A stretch of 64,000 bases of DNA, taken from the NCBI GenBank assembly GCA_900753315.1, contig CAADYP010000016.1, positions 2,436-66,435 of the forward strand. The letters run 5' to 3'. The DNA comes from Clostridia bacterium. GTDB lineage: Bacteria; Bacillota; Clostridia; Christensenellales; UBA1242. Positions within the stretch are counted from its first letter, which is position 1; every line of letters starts with the position of its first letter. The position numbers were made by a program, and so were the translations under genes. This document shows, in pieces, positions 40,301-48,758 of the stretch. The notes under the pieces were generated by a model that had not been told where the DNA came from, did no database searches, and worked only from the letters and a program-made list of their open reading frames with translations.

Positions 40301-40364
40301 CACTACTGCAAAATAATGCAATAGAAGTAAGTATTACTGCACAAAGATTAAAAATCTTTTTCAT
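37344..40364 (-). CDS. large secreted or surface protein with GLUG-motif repeats, an (NP)5 linker and a Listeria-Bacteroides-type repeat
   Basis: N-terminal signal/anchor 'MKKIFNLCAVILTSIALFC'. Repeated 'GGLAG'-type turns (VGGLAGH, IGGLAGE, IGGLFGY, VGGIVGD, AGGLAGN). 'NPNPNPNPNP'. 'YYITYDGNGG...GYKIVNWS...DITLYAIWE'. The C-terminal ~400 aa are unassigned. Confidence 0.6.
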   Translation of the reverse strand: MKKIFNLCAVILTSIALFCSSGYFIARYLDNIDKDISAQFDNYFANQDWLSTAYQKLEQSWESATWDRQGDFPLDPYDGEVTSSEQLAGALFGNGGGDTNIILQNDIDLSNYLCNPIGRGDGTVRIDGQGYSITGINIIFDPGYIYDRHGYDVAREYVHDAIGNELYKNGIGLFATLNDATQIVNVTFCGCIIFPATIPETLEILGFTLEEVFGNNAAYVGGLAGHINSDIATVGADFGIYFNVDYDAIIGGLAGECDYAAGCYSSSYIRRDPSMESGMQSDEIYANSTIGGLFGYSSGWIEHSYSSSGVYLKTSDETSLVGGIVGDGGATITSCYSLYDRIVISDSSSTPSAGGLAGNAGEIKGCLSMPAYWSNGADSNIQPLAVSSSLIEQCVWLDEHSHGDGSDEENYNGMTSEELRVAWENAGSIAEGFNSDWYDFYTNLFTYGNVYSATDIWFGNNVNKDNIGIAPQGYPGLNWNNHNFSGGGGTVNPNPNPNPNPGGGTTTTYYYITYDGNGGTTNSGSTTLSQRVAKNGSFTTKSSTEFKKSGYKIVNWSTSKTSLSGSYPKVNTSYTYTEGKDITLYAIWEVDNDFDVYMRIYTDANGTGVYKLDKAQVLAMVESYSASYWKNDNGTATEKTITKNSDADCYFSVRGLVDKAFKFTYIVKDGYQFVGYTKTMEPETSASVDTSSRFFPTTTMSVKSYSLSFTPSGSVSSRFTYLYVFVSKAPSSNQLKYDSTEKYFYFEDGYFPQSYVGDTLNTTLKNASSSSLSKYQTLNYLDANGTKQNVDIYTYNSKKYAKVVKNGVIKWFSVEAIRWRVSEYDVSSTAYPSTWTKGSIITNFKVVSDRVLWVGAITTEATKESWKYTSSEMYNYVSNIYTKNGQTLTADKPQYVATSNETFYYYGETGQQNKVKEERKSISNINVATESEIKEHLTSLKAKASDLVAFLLGLDEDSYCDYWTRELGGSLQNAKAVTNAGVLKSAWLSNFYGVRFSLCMSEGSRV
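38863..38891. repeat. perfect hexanucleotide tandem repeat (tttgga)x4 encoding the (NP)n linker
   Basis: Units at 38866-38871, 38872-38877, 38878-38883 and 38884-38889, with partial units on each side. Confidence 0.9.
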
Positions 40365-40470
40365 ATAAATATTATAATACGTTAAATTATAAAAATCAAA
40401 ATAAATTTAAAAATTTTTAAGCAAAAAATCAAATTTTGTCTAAAATAAACAATTTTTCTATGAAAATCAT

Positions 40471-41082
40471 CTAGAGTCCCGTTTTTCTGTTTTTTAGATA
40501 CTTCCAAACAAAGAAAAAACCATTCACGAACAAAAATGCGGCAATCATAACAAGTGAAATTAAAAATATATAAAATGCAGAATTTTCAAATACTAAACAT
40601 AACAAAAGCACAACAGCACAAGACACAATTTCTCCACAAAATATAGAAAGAAATGACTTCCAAATTGGTATATCAGTAAATCCTGCAACAACAGCCCCAG
40701 AATATGCTCCCGTAAGTGGCAACGGAACGGCCACAAAAAATGCTAACAAAATGCATTTTTTCAAAGTTGATGTTTGCTTTGAAAGCGTTTCAGAATTCTT
40801 CTTATATCTTTCTTTCAATTTCAAGAATACTTTTTCATAAACAAAACCACTCGTTTTTCTTTTTATATATCGAGCAAGCATAATTACAAATATGACTGGA
40901 ATCATACTCCCTATGCAAGCATACAAAGCAGATAAAAATGGATTTAACGCATTGCTTTGCCATATCTGCACAGCCATTCCAAATGGTATTGCAACTTTGC
41001 TTTCAACTGTTGGAATCATTGCAACAATCACAACAGCAAGCCAAACACATGAAGAAAAATTTTCCCCGAAAAATTCTAACAT
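40471..41082 (-). CDS. membrane protein, possibly of the 'small multidrug export' (COG2426-like) family
   Basis: 203 aa and multi-pass. The N-terminal 'MIPTVESKVAIPFGM' resembles the family's conserved P-x-x-E-x-x-x-x-IP motif. Confidence 0.4.
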   Translation of the reverse strand: MLEFFGENFSSCVWLAVVIVAMIPTVESKVAIPFGMAVQIWQSNALNPFLSALYACIGSMIPVIFVIMLARYIKRKTSGFVYEKVFLKLKERYKKNSETLSKQTSTLKKCILLAFFVAVPLPLTGAYSGAVVAGFTDIPIWKSFLSIFCGEIVSCAVVLLLCLVFENSAFYIFLISLVMIAAFLFVNGFFFVWKYLKNRKTGL

Positions 41083-41188
41083 ACAATTTCGCCTTTTTAT
41101 ATATTTTATTCTCTTTGCTATAACATTTATACGTCTTGTTTCACAAAAAGAACAGAGCCAATTACAAAGACAATCTCTGTATCTGAAA

Positions 41189-41222
41189 TAAAAAATAAAG
41201 AGCGAAACTCACTCTTTATTTT
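41189..41222 (-). terminator. intrinsic terminator after recN
   Basis: Stem aataaagag / ctctttatt, with an A-run on the plus strand that reads as a T-run on the minus strand. Confidence 0.6.
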
Positions 41223-41246
41223 GTTATTTTTATATAATCAAAAGTA

Positions 41247-42905
41247 TTATTTTTGAGAAAATAATCTCTTTGAGTGTTCTATTGCCGTGACAGAAGCAAC
41301 CTTGCCACCATCAATCAATTTTGCGACCTCTTCAATCGCTTGATTTTCGTTTAAAGATGTAACATTTGAAACTGTAGAATCGTCAACAACATTTTTCTCA
41401 ACAAGCAGAAAAGCATCAGCTCTTGAAGCCACTACAGCGGTGTGAGTTATGCAAATAATTTGTGTAAACTTTGAAATATTTGAGAGTTTCTCCGCCAATT
41501 TTCCAGCGGTATGACCACTTATTCCAGCGTCAATCTCATCAAACACAACTGTTTGAACATTTTCTTTGTCAAGCATAACATTCTTAAACGCAAGCAACAA
41601 TCTTGAAAGTTCTCCACCAGAAGCAGTTTTGTGTAAATCTTTTGCATCTTGTCCTTTATTTGCAGAGAACATAAATTTAACCTTGTCATAACCATTTTTT
41701 GTGCAATCGCCTTGCTCAAATTCAACTTTAAAGAATGTCCCCTTCATTTCCAAATCATCGAGTTGTTTTACAAGCTTCTCTTCCAAAATATGTGCCGCAG
41801 ATTTTCTTTTCTCACTCAACAATTCACATTCTTTCATCAAATTCTGCTTTTTGCCATCAAGTTCTCTTTGCAGTTTTTCCAAAACAAACTGACTGTTTTC
41901 CAAATCGTCAAGTTTTCCTTTACATTCCGTTAAGTATGACAGAACATCCGCAATTGTCTTCCCATATTTCTTCGTTAACTTCTTTATCAAATCAAGCCGT
42001 TCATCAATTCTCTCAAGTTCTTTTGGGTCAAATTCGGTATTGTCTTTAATCGAATCCAAATTGTCAACAACATCTTTTATTTCATAATAGCTATTTTCAA
42101 TTCTTTCTCTACATTCATCTATATCCTTGAAATTTGAAAGTGAAGACAAAATGTTTTTGCTTTCATACAAAAGAGCGCAGGCATTGTCACGTTGTTCATT
42201 AAGCTTTGTCAAAACTTCACTCAATTTATCAAAAATATTTTCTGCCGAAGATATAAAATCAAACCTTTCTTTAAGTTCTTCTTCTTCACCGTCAACCAAT
42301 TTTGCATTTTCAATTTCATCAATTTGATATTCTAGAAGCTCTTTAGTGCGTTCTCTTTCAAGCTCATTCCCACCCAAAGATGCAATCTTCTTTTCTATTT
42401 CTTTTACGTCATCATAGGCCAAAGAAACTTTTTCTTTAATTTTTTCGACTTCATCACTTGCAAACTTGTCAAGCAATCCCAAATGGTTGTTTACATTTAA
42501 AAGTCCTACGCTATCGTGTTGCCCGCAAAAATCAACCAAATTTTCTGCGAAATCTTTAAGCATTTTTACAGTAGCTGGATAACCATTGATTTTAATTGAA
42601 GACTTTCCGTCAGCTGTCAATGTTCTTGTTATTATCACTTCATCATCATAATCAATTTCAAGTTCGTCCAAAATTTTCTTTTCACTTTCATTCAACCCTG
42701 AAAAAACAGCATCAACTCTTAAAGTCTGTTCGCCAGAACGAATAAGCGCCTTGTCAGCCTTTGCACCCAATGAAAAACTTAAGGCATCAATAATGATGCT
42801 CTTACCTGCACCAGATTGACCCAAAATACAATTAAAACCATCACAAAAGTCGATGGTTTGTTTTTTTATCAATGCAACATTGTTAAGTGAAAGCGATGTT
42901 AACAT
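41247..42905 (-). CDS. recN: DNA repair protein RecN
   Basis: SMC-like: Walker A 'GQSGAGKSII', a long coiled coil, signature 'ASGGELSRLLLA' and 'VVFDEIDAGISG'. Confidence 0.95.
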   Translation of the reverse strand: MLTSLSLNNVALIKKQTIDFCDGFNCILGQSGAGKSIIIDALSFSLGAKADKALIRSGEQTLRVDAVFSGLNESEKKILDELEIDYDDEVIITRTLTADGKSSIKINGYPATVKMLKDFAENLVDFCGQHDSVGLLNVNNHLGLLDKFASDEVEKIKEKVSLAYDDVKEIEKKIASLGGNELERERTKELLEYQIDEIENAKLVDGEEEELKERFDFISSAENIFDKLSEVLTKLNEQRDNACALLYESKNILSSLSNFKDIDECRERIENSYYEIKDVVDNLDSIKDNTEFDPKELERIDERLDLIKKLTKKYGKTIADVLSYLTECKGKLDDLENSQFVLEKLQRELDGKKQNLMKECELLSEKRKSAAHILEEKLVKQLDDLEMKGTFFKVEFEQGDCTKNGYDKVKFMFSANKGQDAKDLHKTASGGELSRLLLAFKNVMLDKENVQTVVFDEIDAGISGHTAGKLAEKLSNISKFTQIICITHTAVVASRADAFLLVEKNVVDDSTVSNVTSLNENQAIEEVAKLIDGGKVASVTAIEHSKRLFSQK

Positions 42906-42966
42906 TTAAGCCTCCAACACAAAATCAATTTATCTTTGTTTGAATAAATTAAAACTACACACAAAA

Positions 42967-43419
42967 TTATAACATAAGGTCATTCAAAGTCACAACGGCT
43001 TCGCTGGCATAAGTTGTAGAAGGGAATACCAACATAACTGTGTCATCACCATAAGTTGCACCCATGAGCTCATTCAAATTCAATTTGTCAATAAAAGAAC
43101 AAACTCCAACACCCATACCTTTAATCGTCTTGATAACGACAAGATTTAAAGCAGACTTTGCAGAGATAACACATTCTTTGAAAATGTTTATGTATTTGTT
43201 TGAAACAATTTGTTGTTCAGAACCCAAAATAGCATATTTATATTTTCCGGAACTGCTCAAGATTTTTGTCAAACCAAGCTCTTTAATATCACGAGAAATT
43301 GTTGCTTGAGTAATTTCAAAATTTGCATTTTTCAATTCTCTTGCAAGTTCATCTTGAGTTTCAATCTCTTTTGTAGATATCAATTCCAAAATTTTTGATT
43401 GTCTAGAACTTCTTGCCAT
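42967..43419 (-). CDS. argR: arginine repressor
   Basis: 'RQSKILELISTKEIETQDELARELKN...ATISRDIKELGL' and a C-terminal 'GTIAGDDT'-like 'GATYGDDTVMLV'. Confidence 0.9.
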   Translation of the reverse strand: MARSSRQSKILELISTKEIETQDELARELKNANFEITQATISRDIKELGLTKILSSSGKYKYAILGSEQQIVSNKYINIFKECVISAKSALNLVVIKTIKGMGVGVCSFIDKLNLNELMGATYGDDTVMLVFPSTTYASEAVVTLNDLML

Positions 43420-43842
43420 TTCAATCTCCTTAATCTCTACACACCGCTAAATTAGGGCGATGCAGCGTTTATGCATAATTATAAATTTATGATTATTCAT
43501 GCATTTTTGATTATTATACAATAAAATTTATAAATATGCAAGTGATTTTTGTATATTTATTCACTCGTTTTTTATAAAAATATACATTTCTGCAAATTTA
43601 TGAAATTGAAATTTATAATTATAAACGAATATACATTTTATAAATTTTAATGATTTTTAAAGCACACCCCACCCCAAATAAAAAATCAAATTTAAAAACC
43701 ACCTCCCACCCATAGCCAATATAATTTTAATTAAAAATTTCATGCAATACAAAGCCACAATACACTCAAATTTTTCAAACTAAATTATGTGACAAAATTT
43801 TCCAACAGCATACCTCCCACCACCACGAAAATTTTACACAAC

Positions 43843-43880
43843 AAAAAATGACATATCAATAAAATATGTCATTTTGTTTT
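43843..43880. terminator. bidirectional terminator after thiI, also usable by a plus-strand transcript
   Basis: Stem aaatgacatat / atatgtcattt, with an A-run upstream and ttttgttttt downstream. Confidence 0.65.
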
Positions 43881-43901
43881 TATTTTAAAATTAGATTGAT
43901 T

Positions 43902-45065
43902 TTAATAATTTTTTATATCAATTATCTCTTCATTCAAAACCGCAGTCTCAACCAAGGAATCAATGTCCAAAGATTTTTCCAAATATTCCGCCCTACTAAT
44001 CGTTGGACGAATTACTGGATTTTTTGGAAGAAAGACAGTACAACAATCTTCATAAGGCAAAATTGAAGTTTCATATGTCCCAATCTTTCTTGCAACATTC
44101 ATAATTTCTTCTTTATCAAATGCAATCACAGGTCTAAACACTGGCAAAGACACAACAGAATTTGTTACAGTCATGCTTTGCATTGTTTGACTCGCCACCT
44201 GCCCCAAACTTTCTCCTGTCACAATCGCTCCAAGTCCATTTTCTTTACACAGTCTCTCCGCAATTCTCATCATGATTCGACGCATGATTGTTATCATATA
44301 CTCTGCATCACAGTTTTTGTGTATCTGTTCTTGAATTTCAGTAAACGATACAACATGCAACTTAATTTCTCCACAATATTCAGAAATTTCTTTTGCAAGC
44401 TCTATCACTTTTTCTTTCGCCTGTGCACTTGTATATGGATAAGAATGGAAGTGAACAGCTTCGAGTTTCAACCCTCTTTTCGACATCAAGTATCCAGCAA
44501 CAGGACTATCAATCCCTCCAGACAAAAGCAAAAGCCCTTTTCCTGCACTGCCCAAAGGAAGACCATTTGCACATGGATAAAGATTACTATATATATAGGT
44601 TTTGTTGTTTACACGAATTTCAACATTTATAACAAGTTCTGGATTATACAAATCTACTTTCAAATTTGGGTTTTTGTCCAAAACTACTCCACCCAAATGC
44701 CTTTCAATTTCCATTGATGTCATAGGAAAAGTTTTGTCAGCTCTTTTTGCCTCAATTTTGAAAGTTTTATAATTTTCAACATCAAATCCGCCAACATATT
44801 TTTCAATATCTTCCATAGCAGTATCAATTTCAACTGCAGAAGCAACTCCAATCAATCCAAAAACTTTTTGAAGTCTTGAAATCAACTCATCTTCAATATC
44901 GGCAGAAAAATTTGAAACAACAAGTCTTCCTTCTGTTTCAGACAATTTGTAAGTCAATCCTTTCAATTTCTGTTCGATGTTATATCTCAAAAGTTTAAGG
45001 AATTCTCTACGATTTCTCCCTTTCAAAAACAATTCACCAAACTTCAATAACAAAACTTTGTTCAT
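43902..45065 (-). CDS. thiI: tRNA 4-thiouridine synthase ThiI
   Basis: THUMP N-terminus and PP-loop 'LLLLSGGIDSPVA'. Confidence 0.9.
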   Translation of the reverse strand: MNKVLLLKFGELFLKGRNRREFLKLLRYNIEQKLKGLTYKLSETEGRLVVSNFSADIEDELISRLQKVFGLIGVASAVEIDTAMEDIEKYVGGFDVENYKTFKIEAKRADKTFPMTSMEIERHLGGVVLDKNPNLKVDLYNPELVINVEIRVNNKTYIYSNLYPCANGLPLGSAGKGLLLLSGGIDSPVAGYLMSKRGLKLEAVHFHSYPYTSAQAKEKVIELAKEISEYCGEIKLHVVSFTEIQEQIHKNCDAEYMITIMRRIMMRIAERLCKENGLGAIVTGESLGQVASQTMQSMTVTNSVVSLPVFRPVIAFDKEEIMNVARKIGTYETSILPYEDCCTVFLPKNPVIRPTISRAEYLEKSLDIDSLVETAVLNEEIIDIKNY

Positions 45066-45074
45066 AAATTCACC

Positions 45075-46193
45075 CTATGACACCCTTTGTTTTATATCTT
45101 TATATGTATCAACAATAATTTTTCCTGCCATCTCAATCTCTTCTTGAGATTGGTAAGCATTAAAGCTCACCCTAACACTTGAAATAATATCATCTTTTGA
45201 AAAACCAAGTTGCTCCAAAATGCGATTCCCAGCCTTCTTTGAAGAGCAGGCACTTCCAAGCCCAACGATTACTCCTTTTTCATTCAAGGCATGAAGCATA
45301 GTTTCCCCTTTTACACCAGGAAACATCAAACTTTCAATATAAGGCGAACCTTTAAAATCAATAACTTTTACACCATCAGCAGAGACAATATCATTCAAAG
45401 CTTTTCTCAAACTTTTGACGTTTTCAAGATTTTTTTCAACATCAATAAGCTCCACAGCCTTTTTAAATTGCATAATACCAGAAACATTTTCAGTCCCAGA
45501 TCTAAGCCCAAACTGTTGTCCTCCACCTTGCAAAAATTCTTTCAATCCGTTTTTGTTTTTAACATAAAGTCCAGCAACACCTTTTGGCCCATGGATTTTA
45601 TGCGCACTAAAAGAATACAAATCAATACTTGTATTTTTGAGCAAAACAGGAATTTTCATAAATCCCTGCACCCCATCAACATGCAAAATTGCTCTTGGAC
45701 ATATTTTATCTTTCAATTTTGATATTCTTTGCAAATCATTTATTGCACCAGTTTCATTGCTGACATGCATAATACTTACAAGTCTTGTTTTTTCATTTAA
45801 AACCTTTGAAAGTCCATCATAATCTACACAACCATCACTTGAAAGTGGCACAATATGCACTTTATATCCATCCATTTCAAGTTTTTTCGCAACATTAAAC
45901 ACAGACGGATGCTCACCAGCAGAAAAAACATATTCATAATCACCAGTTCTCAAGCTGCCCTTGATTGCCATATTGTTGCTTTCAGTCGCACACCCAGTAA
46001 AAAGAATATTTCCAACTTTCGCACCCAACTTATCCAAGAAAAACTTTTCAGTATCTGCCAAAAGTCTAGAAACTTTCAATGATTCAACAGACAATGCAGA
46101 AGGATTGAAGAAATCATTGCATGAATAAAATTTGTGCACATCAACACATTCTTCAAACATTTTTGTCGTTCCAGCATTATCAAGAAAAATCAT
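45075..46193 (-). CDS. class V aminotransferase / cysteine desulfurase (ThiI partner)
   Basis: PLP-lysine 'SFSAHKIHGPKGVAGLY' and 'GSACSS' active-site Cys. It lies directly upstream of thiI. Confidence 0.85.
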   Translation of the reverse strand: MIFLDNAGTTKMFEECVDVHKFYSCNDFFNPSALSVESLKVSRLLADTEKFFLDKLGAKVGNILFTGCATESNNMAIKGSLRTGDYEYVFSAGEHPSVFNVAKKLEMDGYKVHIVPLSSDGCVDYDGLSKVLNEKTRLVSIMHVSNETGAINDLQRISKLKDKICPRAILHVDGVQGFMKIPVLLKNTSIDLYSFSAHKIHGPKGVAGLYVKNKNGLKEFLQGGGQQFGLRSGTENVSGIMQFKKAVELIDVEKNLENVKSLRKALNDIVSADGVKVIDFKGSPYIESLMFPGVKGETMLHALNEKGVIVGLGSACSSKKAGNRILEQLGFSKDDIISSVRVSFNAYQSQEEIEMAGKIIVDTYKDIKQRVS

Positions 46194-46212
46194 TTTAACC
46201 CCTTTTACTTCT

Positions 46213-46266
46213 CTACATTTTGTGTATTATGCCAAATTTTTCTAGCATAATACATACTATATATAT
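46213..46266. repeat. repeat-family inverted pair between pheT and the desulfurase gene
   Basis: gtattatgc (46224-46232), a 12-nt spacer, then gcataatac (46245-46253). It is flanked by ctacattttgtg and atactatatat. Confidence 0.65.
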
Positions 46267-48680
46267 TATTGTCTTAATTTAGCGCCATATCTAAATGACA
46301 AGCTTTTCAAAACTTTGTTTACAGCAGAATTTATTTCGTCACCAGTCAAAGTTTTTTCATTTGACAAGAACACAATCTTGTATGCCATACTCTTCTTATT
46401 CTCGCCCAAAGCATCACTTCTGTAAACATCAAACAAATTTACATCATACAAAATCTTTCCGCAAGATGATTTGATAGCATTTATCAATTCTTCATTGCTT
46501 ACACTTTCATCAACCACAACAGCAATATCTCTTTCAACTGCTTGATATTTTGAAACTTCTTTTGTTTCATATTTCTTTTCTGGCAAAGACGCAAGGTAAT
46601 CAGTGTCAAGTTCTCCATAATATACATCTTGAGAAATATCATAATTTTTCAAAACAGTCTTATGAACTTTTCCAAACCAACCAACAACCTTCCCATCTTC
46701 TGCAACAATATCTGCACTTACCCCACTATGCAAATAAGGTTCTTTTGAGCGTTCAAGTTTATATTTAAGTGATGATGACAACAACAAATTTTCAATAACA
46801 CCCTTAAGCATAAAGAAATCATAGCCATTTTCACAAACCGCAAATGACAATCTGTTATTTTCGACTGGCAATTCTTTCAATGGCAATTCTTTTGGCAAAT
46901 AAACCTTTCCGGTTTCAAAGAATCTCAAATCCTTATTTCCAACTGACAAGTTGTAAGAGATATCCAAAAGCAAAGCGTGTGCCATAAGCGTTCTTGCAGT
47001 TGACAAGTCTTCACTCAAAGGATTTGCAATTTTAATAACCTTCCTTCTTTCGTCATCTTCTTTGATAAGCAATTTGTCACAAGCACTTGCAGAATAAAGT
47101 GAATAGTTTAAGGTTTCATAGAAACCGCCATCAACCAAAACATTTTTCAAGCCATTTTCCATAGCAAGTCTTGGTTCATATTGTCCAACAGTTATTGTAG
47201 AATTTTCAAACAATCTTCCTTCAATATTATTGTAAACATCGTAACCATAAATTCTGATAACTTCTTCTGCAATATCATTTTCATTTTTAATATCTTCCCT
47301 AATATAAGGAGATACACAAGTAAGTTTATCACCAGAAATCTCAGACTTAATTCCAAGAGCATTCAGAATTTGAAGCATTCTATCTTTTGGAATTTCAAGA
47401 CCCAAAATTTTGCAAACTTTACTATAAGAAATTTCAATCTTAGGAGAATATTCCAATTTTTGTTGAGAATTTACTTTATCAATAATTCCATCTACAATAT
47501 CTCCACAATGCAATTGATTAACCAAATGCAAAGCTCTTTTAAGAGCAATAGCAGGAGAATTTATATTTACTCCCTTTTCATATCTTGCAGAAGAATCAGT
47601 TCTCAAACCAAACCTCTTTGCTGTAAGTCGAATACTTTTCAAATCAAAAACAGCACATTCAAAAACGGTATCTTTTGTATCATCACTTATACATGAATTT
47701 ACCCCACCAATAACACCAGCAATAACAACAGGTTTCTTTTCATCAGCGATAACCATAACATCTTTGTCAAGTTCATAAGTCTGCCCATTCAAAACAGCAA
47801 TTTTTTCACCAGCACTTGCCTGTCTAACATTGATTTTTTTACCATCAAGATATTTGTAATCAAAAGCATGCATTGGTTGTCCCTGTTCAATCAAGACATA
47901 ATTTGTTATATCAACCATGGTATTGATAGTTTTAATTCCAACAGCATGCAAACGACTTCTGAGCCACAATGGAGAACGTTCAAGTTTGATATTTCCAACA
48001 TAAGCAGCCATATATCTTGGACAATTTGGCGTAGAAATTTTCACATCTACATAATTGTTTACATTTCCACCAACTGTTTTATAAGAAAGGTTAGGTTCTT
48101 TAAATTCCTTTCCATATATAGCGCAAAGTTCTCTCGCAATACCAACAACACTGTTGCAATCAGGTCTGTTTGGTGTAACATTTATATCAAAGATAACATC
48201 ATTCAAAAGCAAAGCATCTTCAATTTTTGTTCCAGCAACAAAATTGTTAGGCAAAATCAAAATTCCATTGACACCAGCACCCTCAAAATAATTCTCATCA
48301 ATGCCAATCTCTTCACCCGAGCAGAACATACCTTCACTTCTAACACCTCTAAAATTTGAAGGCTTGATTTTAATACCATTTACAAGGTCTGCGCCATCCA
48401 AAGAAACTGGCACAACAGCACCCTCAAAAACATTTGTAGCAGATGTGATTATTTGCACATTTTTTTCACCAACATTTACTTGGCAAATTTGCAATTTATC
48501 AGCCTCTGGATGTTTCTCAATTTTAGTAATTTTTCCAACATAGACATCGTGCAAATGCTCATTCATATAGACTGTTTCTTCAACTTCAAAACCTGAAGCA
48601 GTCAACCTTTTTGCAACTTCTTCTGCAGAAATACTCTCCAAATCAACGAAATCTCTCAACCAATTATAAGTTACTTTCAT
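46266..48680 (-). CDS. pheT: phenylalanine--tRNA ligase beta subunit
   Basis: 'MKVTYNWLRDFVDL', tRNA-binding, B3/4 and B5 domains, 804 aa. Confidence 0.95.
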   Translation of the reverse strand: MKVTYNWLRDFVDLESISAEEVAKRLTASGFEVEETVYMNEHLHDVYVGKITKIEKHPEADKLQICQVNVGEKNVQIITSATNVFEGAVVPVSLDGADLVNGIKIKPSNFRGVRSEGMFCSGEEIGIDENYFEGAGVNGILILPNNFVAGTKIEDALLLNDVIFDINVTPNRPDCNSVVGIARELCAIYGKEFKEPNLSYKTVGGNVNNYVDVKISTPNCPRYMAAYVGNIKLERSPLWLRSRLHAVGIKTINTMVDITNYVLIEQGQPMHAFDYKYLDGKKINVRQASAGEKIAVLNGQTYELDKDVMVIADEKKPVVIAGVIGGVNSCISDDTKDTVFECAVFDLKSIRLTAKRFGLRTDSSARYEKGVNINSPAIALKRALHLVNQLHCGDIVDGIIDKVNSQQKLEYSPKIEISYSKVCKILGLEIPKDRMLQILNALGIKSEISGDKLTCVSPYIREDIKNENDIAEEVIRIYGYDVYNNIEGRLFENSTITVGQYEPRLAMENGLKNVLVDGGFYETLNYSLYSASACDKLLIKEDDERRKVIKIANPLSEDLSTARTLMAHALLLDISYNLSVGNKDLRFFETGKVYLPKELPLKELPVENNRLSFAVCENGYDFFMLKGVIENLLLSSSLKYKLERSKEPYLHSGVSADIVAEDGKVVGWFGKVHKTVLKNYDISQDVYYGELDTDYLASLPEKKYETKEVSKYQAVERDIAVVVDESVSNEELINAIKSSCGKILYDVNLFDVYRSDALGENKKSMAYKIVFLSNEKTLTGDEINSAVNKVLKSLSFRYGAKLRQ

Positions 48681-48712
48681 TATTTATCTCCTTTAAAATT
48701 TGTGACATAGCA

Positions 48713-48751
48713 CACAAAATATAGTGTATTATGCATGCATAATACTACAAT
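48713..48751. repeat. repeat-family copy containing a perfect 20-bp palindrome, in the pheS-pheT spacer
   Basis: cacaaaatatag (48713-48724), then gtattatgca|tgcataatac (48726-48745). Confidence 0.75.
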
Positions 48752-48758
48752 TTAAACA

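Noticed and set aside
43690-43830. Small minus-strand ORFs behind the GGGAGG-like G-tracts upstream of argR.
   Set aside because: The only ATGs near these SD-like tracts give 8-aa and 18-aa peptides at the wrong spacing: one lies 1 nt after the SD-like tract and the other lies upstream of it.
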